Assembly (NCBI GenBank): GCA_040954595.2
Contig: CM082597.2
Location: forward strand, 5,585,244-5,649,243
Source: Balanoglossus misakiensis
Lineage: Eukaryota; Animalia; Hemichordata
DNA: 64,000 bases
Reading direction: 5' to 3'
Under the pieces are notes generated by a model, which saw only the letters and a list, made by a program, of their open reading frames with translations, was not told the origin of the DNA and searched no databases. Of this stretch, positions 13,586 through 27,000 are shown piece by piece (position 1 is the stretch's first letter; every line of letters begins with the position of its first letter). The translations under genes and the position numbers were made by a program.

Positions 13586-13734
13586 AACTAACGTTCATAA
13601 ACTTGTTTGTGATAAAGCAGACGACATACTGATTCAACTCAAACACAAATAGTGAGATATTCTCGCTCCCAGTCCTTGTCGCTTCGCTAGTGCGCCATTG
13701 GCGAGGAGTGGAAGCATGTCCTGCCGCTTTAGGC

Positions 13735-13873
13735 GCTTGAGGTCAAGTGGTAAGGTAGTGACTCAGTTTCCCGTACACAGTATTGCACAGGCGAATTAGG
13801 CGTTCTCAGTGGGGTTAAAGCAATTTGAGGGATGAAAATAGAAAAGAAAGAAAGAAAGAAAGAAAGGAGGGAA

Positions 13874-13905
<32 letters not shown>
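13735..13905 (+). mobile_element. Possible degenerate tRNA-derived SINE with (GAAA)n tail
   Basis: A-box-like 'ggtcaagtggtaagg' followed by a short body ending in a (GAAA)n tract. No clear B box. Confidence 0.3.
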
Positions 13906-14119
13906 CAACATTCACCGACATGATCATGTATATGCTAATATGTGTCTTGAATGGAGCCGCCCACTTGCGCGATCGAGCAGCTGACACAACTTGACTGACT
14001 ATAGGCCTACCTGAAGACAGTATACGTGCACATGTTAGATATGCATCTCGGGATTTCCTTGTTGGGGAAGAAACACTGGCACGGATTTCAGATGGCAAAG
14101 TTTTTCATGTGCGAAATCA

Positions 14120-14385
14120 GAGTGTGAGAACAAACCGATCCCACAGTCTCACGGACTCGAAAGCTTATAAGACGCTAGTGCTAATTGTTCTACAATAAAC
14201 GGGCGCTAAATGTTGCCACAGAGACTACAATGCCAGGCGACAGTTCCAGGGTCATTTTTCTATTCATGATTACGAATTTGGCTACTTTGTAGCCGTGTGA
14301 GAAATACGGCTCGTATGTGACAAAAATCCCCAACTCGTGTGAGAAATATGTTCCCACTGCAGGTCCGTGGCAGTGTGAGATTACA
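14120..14385 (+). repeat. Dispersed repeat shared with ~59575-59810
   Basis: Shared blocks 'agtgtgagaacaaa', 'tcgaaagct', 'cgctaaa', 'acagagactacaa', 'cgacagttccag' and 'gtgtgagatt'. Confidence 0.65.
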
Positions 14386-15049
14386 TTAGTCTGCTACGAA
14401 ATGGAGCCGAGAACCAGGTCACACTATCCGCACACAAGGCCACAATCCCACCAAAATCGTTCAAGTGGTATTAAGGTCATAACCTCCTCGCCCAGTTCGT
14501 GTTGACTCATGTAAGGTTTTGGCGCCACTTCAAATATCTAAATCGCGCCGTTGTACTATTGTACCGTATGTTATCAAATGTGGGCCATCAGTCATACATC
14601 AAAGGGTGTCGGTCGAACGCACGTAGGCAACTCAGAGTTTAGCGGTGAACATCCCATTCAACTGTATTACTTCACATAAAACGTAAAAATAATTTCATGT
14701 CAAAACAAACTAAAAAGCCCGCCGAAATTTGTCTCATAATTATCTAGGTCCACTAACTGAATTTTAGCGTACATGATTATCTAAGCATCGATATTTTCGC
14801 CTTCAGAGTCCTTCGTTTTGTTTTGAACTTTGAAACTTATAGAATGCTCCAAAATGACCGGCCACAAATTGAATTCATGCGGTCAATAAGTTACAAATAA
14901 AATCATAATGAGAAGTATATGCAAACTAAGTACATTTGTACTATATTAAGCGCTGTTTACTGTAAGTAGCATCAGACGAGTGTACGCCTCACCGACTTCA
15001 TCCAGCAACCGACATCAGTCCACCAACATTCCGCCATACAATCACCAAA

Positions 15050-18000
15050 ATGGCCAGCGCAAATCCAAGCCAAACCAGTCACTCCGTTGTTCCCTATGGA
15101 CCTCACAGAGATCCGAGCATGTCTACAAGCTTAGGCCGAGACTTCAGGTACGTGGAATAATTATTTAATGCAAATGTGCGAACGTTTTTCTAAAACGATG
15201 AAGAATCACTCACATTAGATAAACAGATGTAAAACATTCTGAACCTCGATTCGTGAAACATTTTAAGTAATAATAACCTTTTTTTAAAGTCTTCCATTAC
15301 AATGTTAAGATTGGAAATTAATCTTTAGGCCTCTGAACATAGAGTTGTGGCGTTAAATAGGGCAACCGCGACTGTGAATGGCCGTTAAGGATTGGGAATT
15401 TATTTTGCACCTCAATTGGTGTGTAATATTCAGCGATCATTTTCTGTAGCGCAACAAGCGTCACCGTAAATAAACTATATTCAAATACAAGAAAAACTTG
15501 AAATAATTTATGTAAAGTTCGAAGTTTCGGTTTAATCAGCTCACTGGCACTCTGTAAGCATACTAAGTTTCTGCCTGGAGCTATGCATGTGCAGTAATTG
15601 TCAAACATTATTTTTCAACAATCGAAGTCATTGAGCGATTTCTATCCGTGTGTCATCTCAATATGGATGAGAAATGTAACATTTCACATCCATACATGGC
15701 CAAAATCATGACCACACTCCGATTGGGTCACCTAGTCTTTCAAGCGCCATCTCTCACACCCAGATCGTGTCATTGTCCAGTACCCTTATCACATGTGATC
15801 CATGTGTGTCATTAATCAAATGGTGTCTGACATACTCAAGTAGCCCACTTATGTATTCAGACGCAAACAACTCAGTCAACTGGGTGAATTGACCTTTATC
15901 ATAAAATCTATTTCACATCAAAACAAAACATTTCAAGTTGAAATGTCGTTAATAATTATCTTGCTCCACTAAATTACATGTTGCATATCAAGCATGGCAC
16001 AACACAGCAGAATTTTCCGCATCACGAGTAAAAATTCCTTCCCTACGACACAAATCTTGCGCAGAGGTCATGGTGTTCTATTATTGTTGCATATGTTTCC
16101 TCAGAGTTGACGAAAAGCGGTTAGATTTTCAGTTCAGTGATGCGGCAGTGACTGACGATGCAACCCTGAGACAGTCGTTCATTGGTCCAAGTTAAGCAGC
16201 TTTTGTTATGCATATAGTGTCATAGGTCATTAGTGGTTTAGCTAAGGTCGCGAGAGCGCATCCACAATAATTAAGAACGCAGGCGACAGCCAGAAATTTT
16301 CGTTAATTTGGAGGTTCCTAAGCATACTGGCAACTGCATAGTTGGTAAGAATAATAAAATTGCATGTCTGAATGTTACATAATCCCCTGTTCGCCGATCA
16401 CAACTTGGCTCTGGCGTTCTTGGCGTTCAATGTTTACGAAGAGAAAGTAGTCCCACTTATATACTCATTTGCATAAAAAAGTCGCTCGCCCTTAAAATTA
16501 TTTACTGACCACGTGACTAGTTTGCGTCGTTCCGTACTGAAATTGGCTTGAAAAAAACTAATGATACGTGTGATGCATGAGTGTATTTCTTATTAGTATT
16601 GATCATAATAATTCAGGAGATATAAGATGACTCGAGCTTGCCATTTTAACACGCTTTCAACGGGGACTATTTTATCTCATTTACATATTGCCTGTGAAAA
16701 GTACTACATTGTACTTTAGTTTTACCTGCAATAACAAGGTAATCAGCATTACAAATCGTTGTTCCTAATGAGGAATGTTTCAAATTGATTATCTAACAAG
16801 AGATTAATGGGTGCGGGTGCTTCTTCCTCAACTTATAACAGAAGAACACCTTTATGGCGATTATTTTAATTTCTTGTATTTTGTTTCTTCTAAGGAGTGA
16901 GGATAATCCAGCAGTCGCTTTGATACTGAGTGAGAATTTTGGCTGGCCAATCACTGGGGGCATTCCTGCTGCCATATCAGTTCTCGTTCGTCAGTTGCGA
17001 GCACTAGGCATACAAGTGTGCTGTACTGCCTTACGAGTAACCGACGCAAATCAAGAGGACGCAGATAAGATGGGAGTTAAGTTAGTATTCCCCAGACCGC
17101 TGAAACAATTCAAATATGACACTCCCGCAATTCACTGGCTGTTCAGTCCAACGCTTTACTACCAAGATCTGCTTGAAATCCCAAACGTCCAAATGGTGTA
17201 TGGATTTGGTCTGGTGACGTCACACCCTGCCTCATACGTCCACGCACATGTCTTCCCCAAAGCTTCTTTCTATGTGGTCAACCCATATTCACTTGATATT
17301 CCACCGATGGCCATTGGATATGAACAAGAGAAGTTGGAGCTGTCTGCGCAGTCGCTAAAGGATGAAAGCAAAGATGCTAAAGCGGTATTCTCCATTGGAA
17401 CCAACACATTTGAACAAGTGTTCATCAAGTTCCAGAACAGTGACCTTGAATATCGACATTTCAAATTGTTAAAATCACCTGATGAGGATCTATTCAAAGA
17501 CCAGCCGCCCAAATTCACTCCAGACAGTGGCAACTTTACAATTCTGACACTTGCTGATGATTATGACATTGCAATGTTGGACAGTGCCAGCATTATCGCA
17601 ATTGCCATGAACAGGATGTCTAGTGCATTACACGAAACGAATATGAATCCTCCGAAATGGAAAATACTCGGCGTCTCCGAAGCAAATAAACGCAAATTAA
17701 ATCAACGCCTGAAGCCACACGCCAGACTTCGCATAGTTTATCAGGAGTTACCATCTGCAAATAGTGAAATCATCAGAGAATTACAAGTAGCCCAATTGGT
17801 AGTAGTACCCCCGACGTCAGTAAATTCTGTCGACGTTGTTCTAACTGCGATGGCACTTGGAATTCCTACTCTCATTCCCAAAGGCTCACCATCACATAAT
17901 GTTGTTCAGGAATACCTTCCTTTCTTCGTTGGTGATGTGGAAGTCGACATGCATGTTAAGGAAGATGCCCTGTGGAGGGCAATTGTCAATGTTATAACAA

Positions 18001-21000
18001 AGTACGAGAGGTTCCTTGCAAAATCAGTTCAGATGAGAGAGAAACTTCGCTCCCAAACGTTCAGGGTGAATGACGAAATGAAACATTTGTTCAACGACGT
18101 GGTAGAGCCATATCAAGAAATGCAGGAGTTACAGTCAGGTAAAAAGTACAAACATATGTAGTTTATATTTACTGCTGATTATTCGTTAACTCATTACATT
18201 ATAACTATTAGCGTTGCTCAGTCAGATTATTTCAATTGAAATGATACTCCACGGACCTTAATCTGTGTGCACTAAAATAATTGCTAGATAGATTTGTCAC
18301 ATGTGTTTTATAACTATCATGTGTACGTAAACATTTTGTAAAAGCAATTGATAACCTTCTCCAAGACCCTTATTGTCGTCGTCATCAACACTGCCAGCAC
18401 TATCATGACTAACTACATCATGGTTTAATGTTTTATTTAATGTCTAGTCATAATACTCAAGTTCGTTTGATCCGAAGCAGAAGCAAATTTTCACAATGCA
18501 ATTTTGAGTCAAACTCGTTGAGTGGCAGAGCTACTTAAGATGCATCTGAATATGTAACTGAAGGACGATGCTTTCTGTCCATAACGTTTTACTGAGAAAC
18601 AAGGTATGGAAGACGAGGCCAATATTGAAAATGGATCGAGAAGTTAAACTCACCGCATGTCCTTGTTGGTTTGGTACTTACTCCTTCAGTGAATGTTCTA
18701 TACATTTGTTTTCAGAGGATCAACTTGAAGAAGACGACGTACATGTAAATGAGCCGGGTGAAGTGGAGAATAAAAGTGACAGTGAAGGCGAGACTGTAAA
18801 AGAAGGTTTGTCACAGTGTGCAATCTTTCAAATAGTTGTCTGAGGTTTCTATATTATATAGCTGAATCCTGGTCGCTATTTTGACTCCAGCATTCGTAAT
18901 GTAACGTTCCAACTGTGTATTTGTTTTCATGCCATTCGTCAGGGAACAACGCTTTGGAATATATCCCGAACATTAATTTTAAATGTGTACGTGTTTGGTG
19001 TAATAATTTAAAAACGTGTTGCGTGTTTCCTGCTCAGCATTGTGTGTACTGCAGACAATTGAGCTGTGGGGTACAGAAAAGTCTCATTTCGAAGACTAAT
19101 ATCGGGAAGAAAAATAATTACAATTTCTCAATATTACATCACGAGTTCACTCATTGTATCCCTGGCGATTCTACTTATGTCCTTTCAATTCATTAGAAAA
19201 GCAACAGAAGGATGGCGATGACAAAGAGCCAGTAGCTTCCGGGTCTGCAGGGAACCCAAGTGGTGGTACAGCTGAGGGCAGAAAACGGAGAAAGAAGAAA
19301 AAACCGAAGAAAAAGAAACAAGGTTTGGAAACATTAGTATTATCAGACATGCAGCATCATAGTAATACTAAGCTAATGTTGTGACAATGTGGATTTGAGT
19401 CACGTATGGTCACTTGTAAAACTACAAAACATTTTAGTTATAACTTTCGCTAAATACACGTGCTATGATCTACGATCTATGGTTCAAGGATATACGCATT
19501 TGTTTTCAGGGCAACAACCTAAGGATGACGACGTAAATGAACCAGATGAAGTGGAGCAAACCAGTGGTAGTAAGGGCGGGACTACAAAACGCAAAAAGAA
19601 GAAGAAAAGCAAGAAGGCAAAACAAGGTTTGTTACATACTTCCAAAAAGTATTCTGGCATTTATCTGTGTTATAGCTGAGTCATAGTTGCTAGTTTGTGT
19701 AAATGTTATAAATGGCGTTCATCTATCTCGATTTCAGTACTGGCAATGCAACTCTGTAATTGTTGTATTGATTTCATGCCATTGGGTTAGGGAAGAAAAC
19801 ATAGGAATATATCCCGAACAATAATTGTACATGTATGATTTTCAGACTATTTCAATTTGGGCATCTTACATTTTGAGAATAAGAACGAAGTTTTGAATTT
19901 ATTAAATAGAAACTATGTCTAAATTTTGCCTAACCACTAAGTCCGAACGTTTACTGCAAACCTTTTGATAGGACACTAGATGTGGTGTTTGTTTACCATT
20001 TCCTTATGATCTACTATTTGATGATTTTGTATTCATACAGCGGAACGGATGGATGAAGATGCTAATGTTGAAAGCGACGGAAATCCCGGAAATCCCACCC
20101 CTGGGACGTCTGACGGTAAAAAGCGGAAAGGTGGTAAGAAATGGAAGATGGCTGTTGAAGGTTTGTAACTTCCGCAGCTTAACTCTTTTGAACCATTATA
20201 TACATGTACAATTACTTTGCTCACTGTTACACATTATATATTAACGTTGACTTTGCTAACTTTCTCTACATTTGATGCATATTGGGTTTAATAACTGTAT
20301 CTCCATACAGGGGCAAGACAAAGAACATGGTATCAAGGGGGAAACTGAGCTGAATAGTATGAAAAGGCCTTAGTCCGTCACATCAGAAAGTGCAACATCC
20401 ACACAGATGCGACATTTTCGTGCAATCATTGTATTCCTGATGGTTCTATTTATTTCTTTTCAATTAATTAGAAAAGCATAACAAGAACGATGACGTCAAG
20501 GAGCCAATAGCTTCCGGGTCTGCAGGGAACCCAAGTGGTGATAAAGATGAGGGCACAAAACGCAGCAAGAAGAAAAAACCGAAGAAAAAGAAACAAGGTT
20601 TGGAAACTTTAGTTTTATAAGACATGCAGTATCCCATTGATACTGAGCTAGTGTTGTGATAATGAAGATACGATTTTGTATGTTCACTTGAAAAACAAAT
20701 TTATGATCTTATCAGTATAGGCCTATAATTGATTTCCTCATTTTGAAAGATCTTGTTATCACGTTGGTCGAACACGAGTCACCACCGTCTAATGAATGAA
20801 TGAATCTACCATCTGATCTTCGCCCACTGTCTGAATGATTTTCACCCTTAAAGTAAACCTTATTGGAATATGTGTTTAAATGCAATTGCAAGAAAAACAC
20901 TGTACTTTTGCAAGCGAAAATCTATTGTTTTGAAAGTCAATCTCATTTCAATGGGGGATATTTGTGTGTTTTATAATACATTTGCCAGGTTTTCAATATT

Positions 21001-24000
21001 CAATTTATTCCTCTATCTCTTTGTAGCAAGGAAAATAATGCTTTATAAATATATCACCTTGGGTGTAATATCTATTCTGGTTTTGATATTCATGTGATCA
21101 CTTCTGTTAACGCTTCCTTGACGGCTATTTGTTTGTGTGTTTATACAGAAGAACAGGTAATGTTTGAAGATGCAAGCGAATTGCCAAGTGAAGAAAATCC
21201 CCTCCCTGGTTCTTCAGACGGCACACGACGAAAAAGTGATAAAACACGAAAAGTTGTTACCGAAGGTATGTAAGGTGTGAACCATTGCATACCGAACACT
21301 GTCACCAATTGTAATCAGTAACCGAATAGATGCATTCCTTTTTAATCTGCACGTGTCACATTTAAACATGTCAAGCCAAAGTACGCACACTTTGATTAAC
21401 CTTATTAATTCTGGTTTGAATTATTTGACACAAGTTAATCCATGATTTCTAAGACCCTGCAATACATTCTGTCTCTTCACAGACGAGCAACAGACCGAAA
21501 GCGTCGTCAGCGAAAAAAGAAAGGGTGCGAAACGCAAGAAGGATAAAAAGCGGAAGAAGAGAAAACAAGGTTTGCAAAAAACTACATGTTTTCAAATTTG
21601 TGAACGCTGAGACCTTTGTGCGAGGATGTAATGAGCACACACCATAGTACAAGTACAAGAGTACTACTATTAACACTTATGATTTCTGAATAGGTTCCTT
21701 CTCAACCTATTATTATATCCCCATCATCTAGAATCAAGAGAGATTGAAGATGATAGTGTGTCATTTGAAAGGCGAAGTATTTCCGATGATAAAAAAGGGA
21801 AAAGTGGTAAAAAAGGGAAGTTCGTTTCTGAAGGTATGCAATGATGTATGCACCTTAAGTTTTGGGAACATGGACTTCCGACCTTACAAGAAAGATTTAA
21901 TACGTTTAATTGTAGATTTGACCTAATGTGTATATACCTGGTCATTCATGATTCTTGGATATGTTTCAACGAATAAGCTTTTCATTTTTTTCCCACCCAG
22001 AAGAACAAGATACAGATGACGTCATAAGTGAGGCTAGTGATCAGGAGAAGACAGCAAACCTTCCTACAAGTGAAAGTGCTCAAGACCGTCCAATACACAA
22101 AAAGCATAAAAAGCGCAAGAAGAGTAAGTGATTTTAAAAAAACCCACCAAATTCTATTAGATTTTCTTCCATGTATTCATCATGAATTGACCTAATGTTT
22201 AATCATTTATTATTTCATCATTCAGAGAAGCAATATAAACCTGACATTGGTGAGGAAGACAGAGTAGAGGATCATGGTACTGAAGAAAGTGGAAAACACA
22301 AAAGGACCAAGAAACAAAAGAAGAGTAAACAAGGTTTGTGAAAAACCAAATATAGTCCATATTATTCTGAGCATGCATATTCAAATAGAATCTTGATGTT
22401 CTTCTCAATGTTATTTACAGGGAAGCAAGGTACCGGAAATGGCAATGTTGACCAAAGTAAAGAGCAAAACACTGAAAATCCTGAACCCAGCTCTACTGAG
22501 GGTAAAAAGAAAAGTGGAAAGCACAAGCCAAGTAAGCAAGATCTAAAGTTTTCAGAATGGGTCAAAAGTTTTGCATTTCAGTTATTGTATCATTTTATCA
22601 AACTTACTTGAAAAGAGTTTTCAAATAGATAAATATATTAACTTAATCAGACACTGCACACTGGGTAAAACTCGATCAACGATTGAAAGTTAACATTTTA
22701 TATTTCACTGCAATGTGAGAAGCCACCTACGAGCTAACTATGATTTAAACATGGTAATTATAATTGGTTTAGTGTAATGAGTGTAAATTGAAACAACTTC
22801 ATTGTTTTTTCCACAGAGGATAAACATGGAAAGGATATCATCGATGAAGCAAATGAATCAAAAAACACAGAGATTCATCCCACCAATACGTCAAAGGATA
22901 AAAAACGCAAAAATGGTAAGCTTTGACCAATGAAATGAACAGTAAATACGCCATTGCCAACTTGTCTTACCGAGTGTGTAGATTGTTTTGATATTTCTTT
23001 TTGCTTCTAAAAAACTACAGTGTCCGTTAAATTAACTTTACAGTGGCCAAAGTACTGAATAAATCAAAATATTTTTTCTATATGTAAGAAAGGGTCATTG
23101 TCAGAAAGAAAGGAGCATTGGCAATTCTACACAAGCTTAAGATTATCGCCATAACAATCTAATGTGGTTTCTCATATAGGTCAACTGTCTGTGAAGTTAC
23201 GTGTGAGAGATGGCATACCAGAAAAAGGAAAACGCATGAAAGTAATAGAGAAAGACTTCTTCAACAGTGAAATCACCGAACGAAACTCGCATGCCTATAT
23301 GACCGGACTTCTGTCTACTCATAAAGATATAGATGGACAAGCAATTGACGAAGGCAGTCTGGTGTTTGTGATGACGTGCAGGTCTCTTGAAGCAGCAGAT
23401 GCATTGTGGGATGCATACACCAGTGGCTGGCTTGATAAAATCGCCATGGATACTATGATAGATGAAGTTCTTCTCATGGAGATTGGTGCACGATTTCTGA
23501 CATTAGAAGGTATAATTCGCTGTGATGAATATGAGCTTTGTAGAGAAGAGTTGATTGGTGAGTCTCTATAATTAGTTCCTCAATGCTTTCATTCGTTCTT
23601 TTTTTCAAAGTTGCTTTCCTGAACATGCTTTGGAAATGTAGCTGTAAATACTAAGTAATTAAGTTGCCTAATTAAACAACTGCCCTTAATGAAAAAATGC
23701 CCTACCAGGTAAATTGTAAGCTAACTCCTGAGAAAAGTAAAAATCCGTCAGATTGAATATTCATGAGCTATTAAATTTTCTTCATCATCTTATTCACTCA
23801 TTCATCTGCTTAATCTTTACCTTAATTAATTAATTCTTTCATTTATTCATTCCAGCTGCTGCTAAACAGAAAGATGCATTGGCCAAATCCATGGAAGAAC
23901 GTTTATCTCAAAGTCTTCGAATGGATGATGGAGTCGCCAAAACAACAGTCAGCAGCATGGAGGTAACATCTACACCAACAGAGAGAATTCTGCCAACGTT

Positions 24001-27000
24001 GATTTACAACGTCAACAAGAGGAAGCATAACTGCAGAGCACAGGAAATGGAGAACAGTGTATGCAAGGGAAAGCTTCGTGACAAGACATGGATGAGAAGT
24101 GTTTCCAGGGGGCGAGCTATAGAAGCAGAAAAAGAAAGCCCAGAAGAGCTAAGGCTGTGGTCAGAACTCATTGGTGTGAAAGACATGGTGAGCAAAATAC
24201 CTGCATTGGTTGATGACAATCAGAAACTACAGCAGAAGGTTGATGTCTGCATCAGTAACGCCAAACTAGATGAACCATTGAAAGAACTATTACATCAGAA
24301 GTATCGACTACACAAAGGTAAGTCTACAATTTTCTTCAAATAATGACACATGCTGTACAGTAACGTGATGCGCAATCTCAGTACAACGGGAGACCAAATA
24401 GGACTTTGACTCATAGGATTCACTTCGAGAAGAAAATGAATATAAGGATAGGCTAAAACCACAACAATGTGGATAAAACTGCAACTAGTTGAATCAACCA
24501 AAGTGTAAACTTAGTAATAAAAAAGAAAGTTTCAGTCCAAGTCTTTTGTCAGCAACTGATGATTATTTAAGCAATAAAACACCCCCAGCCATGGTATACC
24601 ACGAGATTTTGACCAGTTCACTACATATACGCACGAGCGATAGCGAGTGCGTATAAGGAGTTGAACTGGTCAGAATCGAGTGTTTTATTGCTATTATACC
24701 CAAACCGAGTGTATACCCGACTGAGGCGGGGGTTATTGCTATTATATTATATCAACAATTGTTTTTTGTGGCATATCAGTGTCATTTTCTTACCGAAACG
24801 GCGTCAGAAAGAGAAATTACGATCGTGAACCAACATGGCGACGATGAATGTAAACACGAGCGGCCGGGATCCAGGCGGGATCGAGCATTACACATGAAGC
24901 AGACGACAAAAAGTGACAAGACGGGCATCGCGCGAGGCAAAGTGACAAATATTTCCACAGAGCAGTTCCAAAATAAAACGTCCGTTAATTCAACAGTATT
25001 TTTGTTTGATTTATTTGGTTTAAACACGCGCGACTGTGGTTTAACCGCACATTTTTGCTGCCGCATGCTAGTTCAGGGGCCCGTTTTAGCACTGCCAGCA
25101 GTGCATTATTAGTATTTTAGCATCGCTGGATTGAGCTCTCGTCCAATCAGAATTGCGGACGGTAGCATGATATAACATAATTGAAAATATTGTTAGAGAA
25201 ATTGAGGAACTGATTCATCAACGTAGCACTGCAATGTTCGTTACTGTAGTATTTGCCCTAAAATATGTATGTACTGCGTTAAATGAGGATGAATCTGATT
25301 ACATTATATTAAGTAGCCCAAATGAATTGATTTTCCATAGATCAAAATTTAGGTTTTGGAGCAATTATCAAATGAGCTGTGGTAGTTAAATAGGTTTCTT
25401 ACATTCACGGCTGCTAAGAGTGTGGAATGAGATATGTGGGGATAATTCGACCCCACAAAGTCACACACCCAAATTTAAGCTTTATATGACATTGGCGGAT
25501 TATTAACGTTCATTGATTAACCCAAGCAAAATATTATCCAATGACATGATGTGTAGTACAATGGACAAGAACAACAACAGTCCGGGAAACAGTCATGCAG
25601 TCAGTAATGCAGTGTATCCAAATCCAAAATAATACTTTTATAAGCAAGAAAATGCAGAAAAATTCATTTTTGTACAAGAAAGTTTCCATGCAAATAAGGT
25701 TTTTAGAAATACATTACAAAACAAACTTAATCTAATCACAAATCCCATTTCCAAGCAACCCAATCCCAAATAATAATGTTCTAAGCAAGAAGATGTAGAA
25801 AAAATCATTTTTGATTGAAATGTTACCATGGAAACAAAGCTGTCGGACTTACAACAATTACTAAACAAAGTTGAGTTATTTCACAAAACCCAACCAAAAA
25901 TACTGTTATAAGCAAGAAAATGCAGAAATATAATTTTTGTTCAAAACGTTTCCATGGAAACAAGGATTTAAGACATACAATGACTTCAAAAAGTTGAGCC
26001 AACTTCACAAATCCCATTCCTAATCAACCCAATCCAAAAAATACTGCTATAAGCAAGAAAATTCAAAAATATAATTTTTGTTCAAAACGTTTCCATGGAA
26101 ACAAGTCTGTAAGACATACAATGACTACACAAGACAGTTAAGACAATTTCACAAATCCTTCCAAATCAATCCAATCCAAAATAATACTGTTATAAGCAAG
26201 AAAAGCAGAAAAATAATTTAGTTCAAAACGTTTCCATGGAAACAGGACTGTAAGACATACCACGCTGGTTACACAAAGTTGAAATGATTTCACAAATTCC
26301 ATTCCATATCAATATGGTCCGAAATAATACTGTTACAGGCAAGAAAATGCAGAAACATAATTTTTGTTTAAAACGTTTCCATGGTAACAGGGCTGAAATA
26401 CATACAACAATGACTACATAAAGTTGAACCAATTTCACAAATCCCATTCTAAATCAACAAATAATACTGTTACAAGCAAGAAAATGCAGAAAAATAATTT
26501 TAGTTCAGAACGTTTCCATGGAAACAAGGCTGTAAGACATACAACGATGACTACACAAAAGAAAAAGAAAAATTTCACAAATCCCGTTCCAAATCAATCT
26601 AATTCAATATAATTGTGTTATAAGCAAGCAAATGCAAAAAATTAATTGTTCAAAACGTTTCCATGGTAACCTGACTTTGGCACTTACACTTGCTCCAGGC
26701 ACATGTGATTTGTGTCATCATGGCAACAGAATTTGGAAAGCATTCCATTTTTTGTTCACAGATAATTTGTTTTTGAACTGGAAAGTGTGTAGGCTGCTGT
26801 TTGACCTTTGACCTCTCTGGTTTACCTGCAGGAATTCCTCCGAAAGAAACTCTCTGGAAATTGTCGGGTAGAGGTTGGGAACCAGGACAAGTCAGATGGC
26901 CACAGGGATTGGTGATAACCCCGGATGAAGACGTGGTTGTGTGTGACGCGGACAGAATACAAAGACTGACCAGTCGTGATAATCAGTGTGTGTCCATTTT

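Noticed and set aside
16180-16350. Alternative promoter / non-coding first exon (ATTGG box, donor gttg|gtaaga)
   Set aside because: Plausible but supported only by short motifs; needs transcript data.
16854-16894. Hydrophobic 'MAIILISCILFLLR' as a signal peptide of the GT-like protein
   Set aside because: It is the polypyrimidine tract and acceptor of an intron; the upstream exon 15050-15147 joins in phase.
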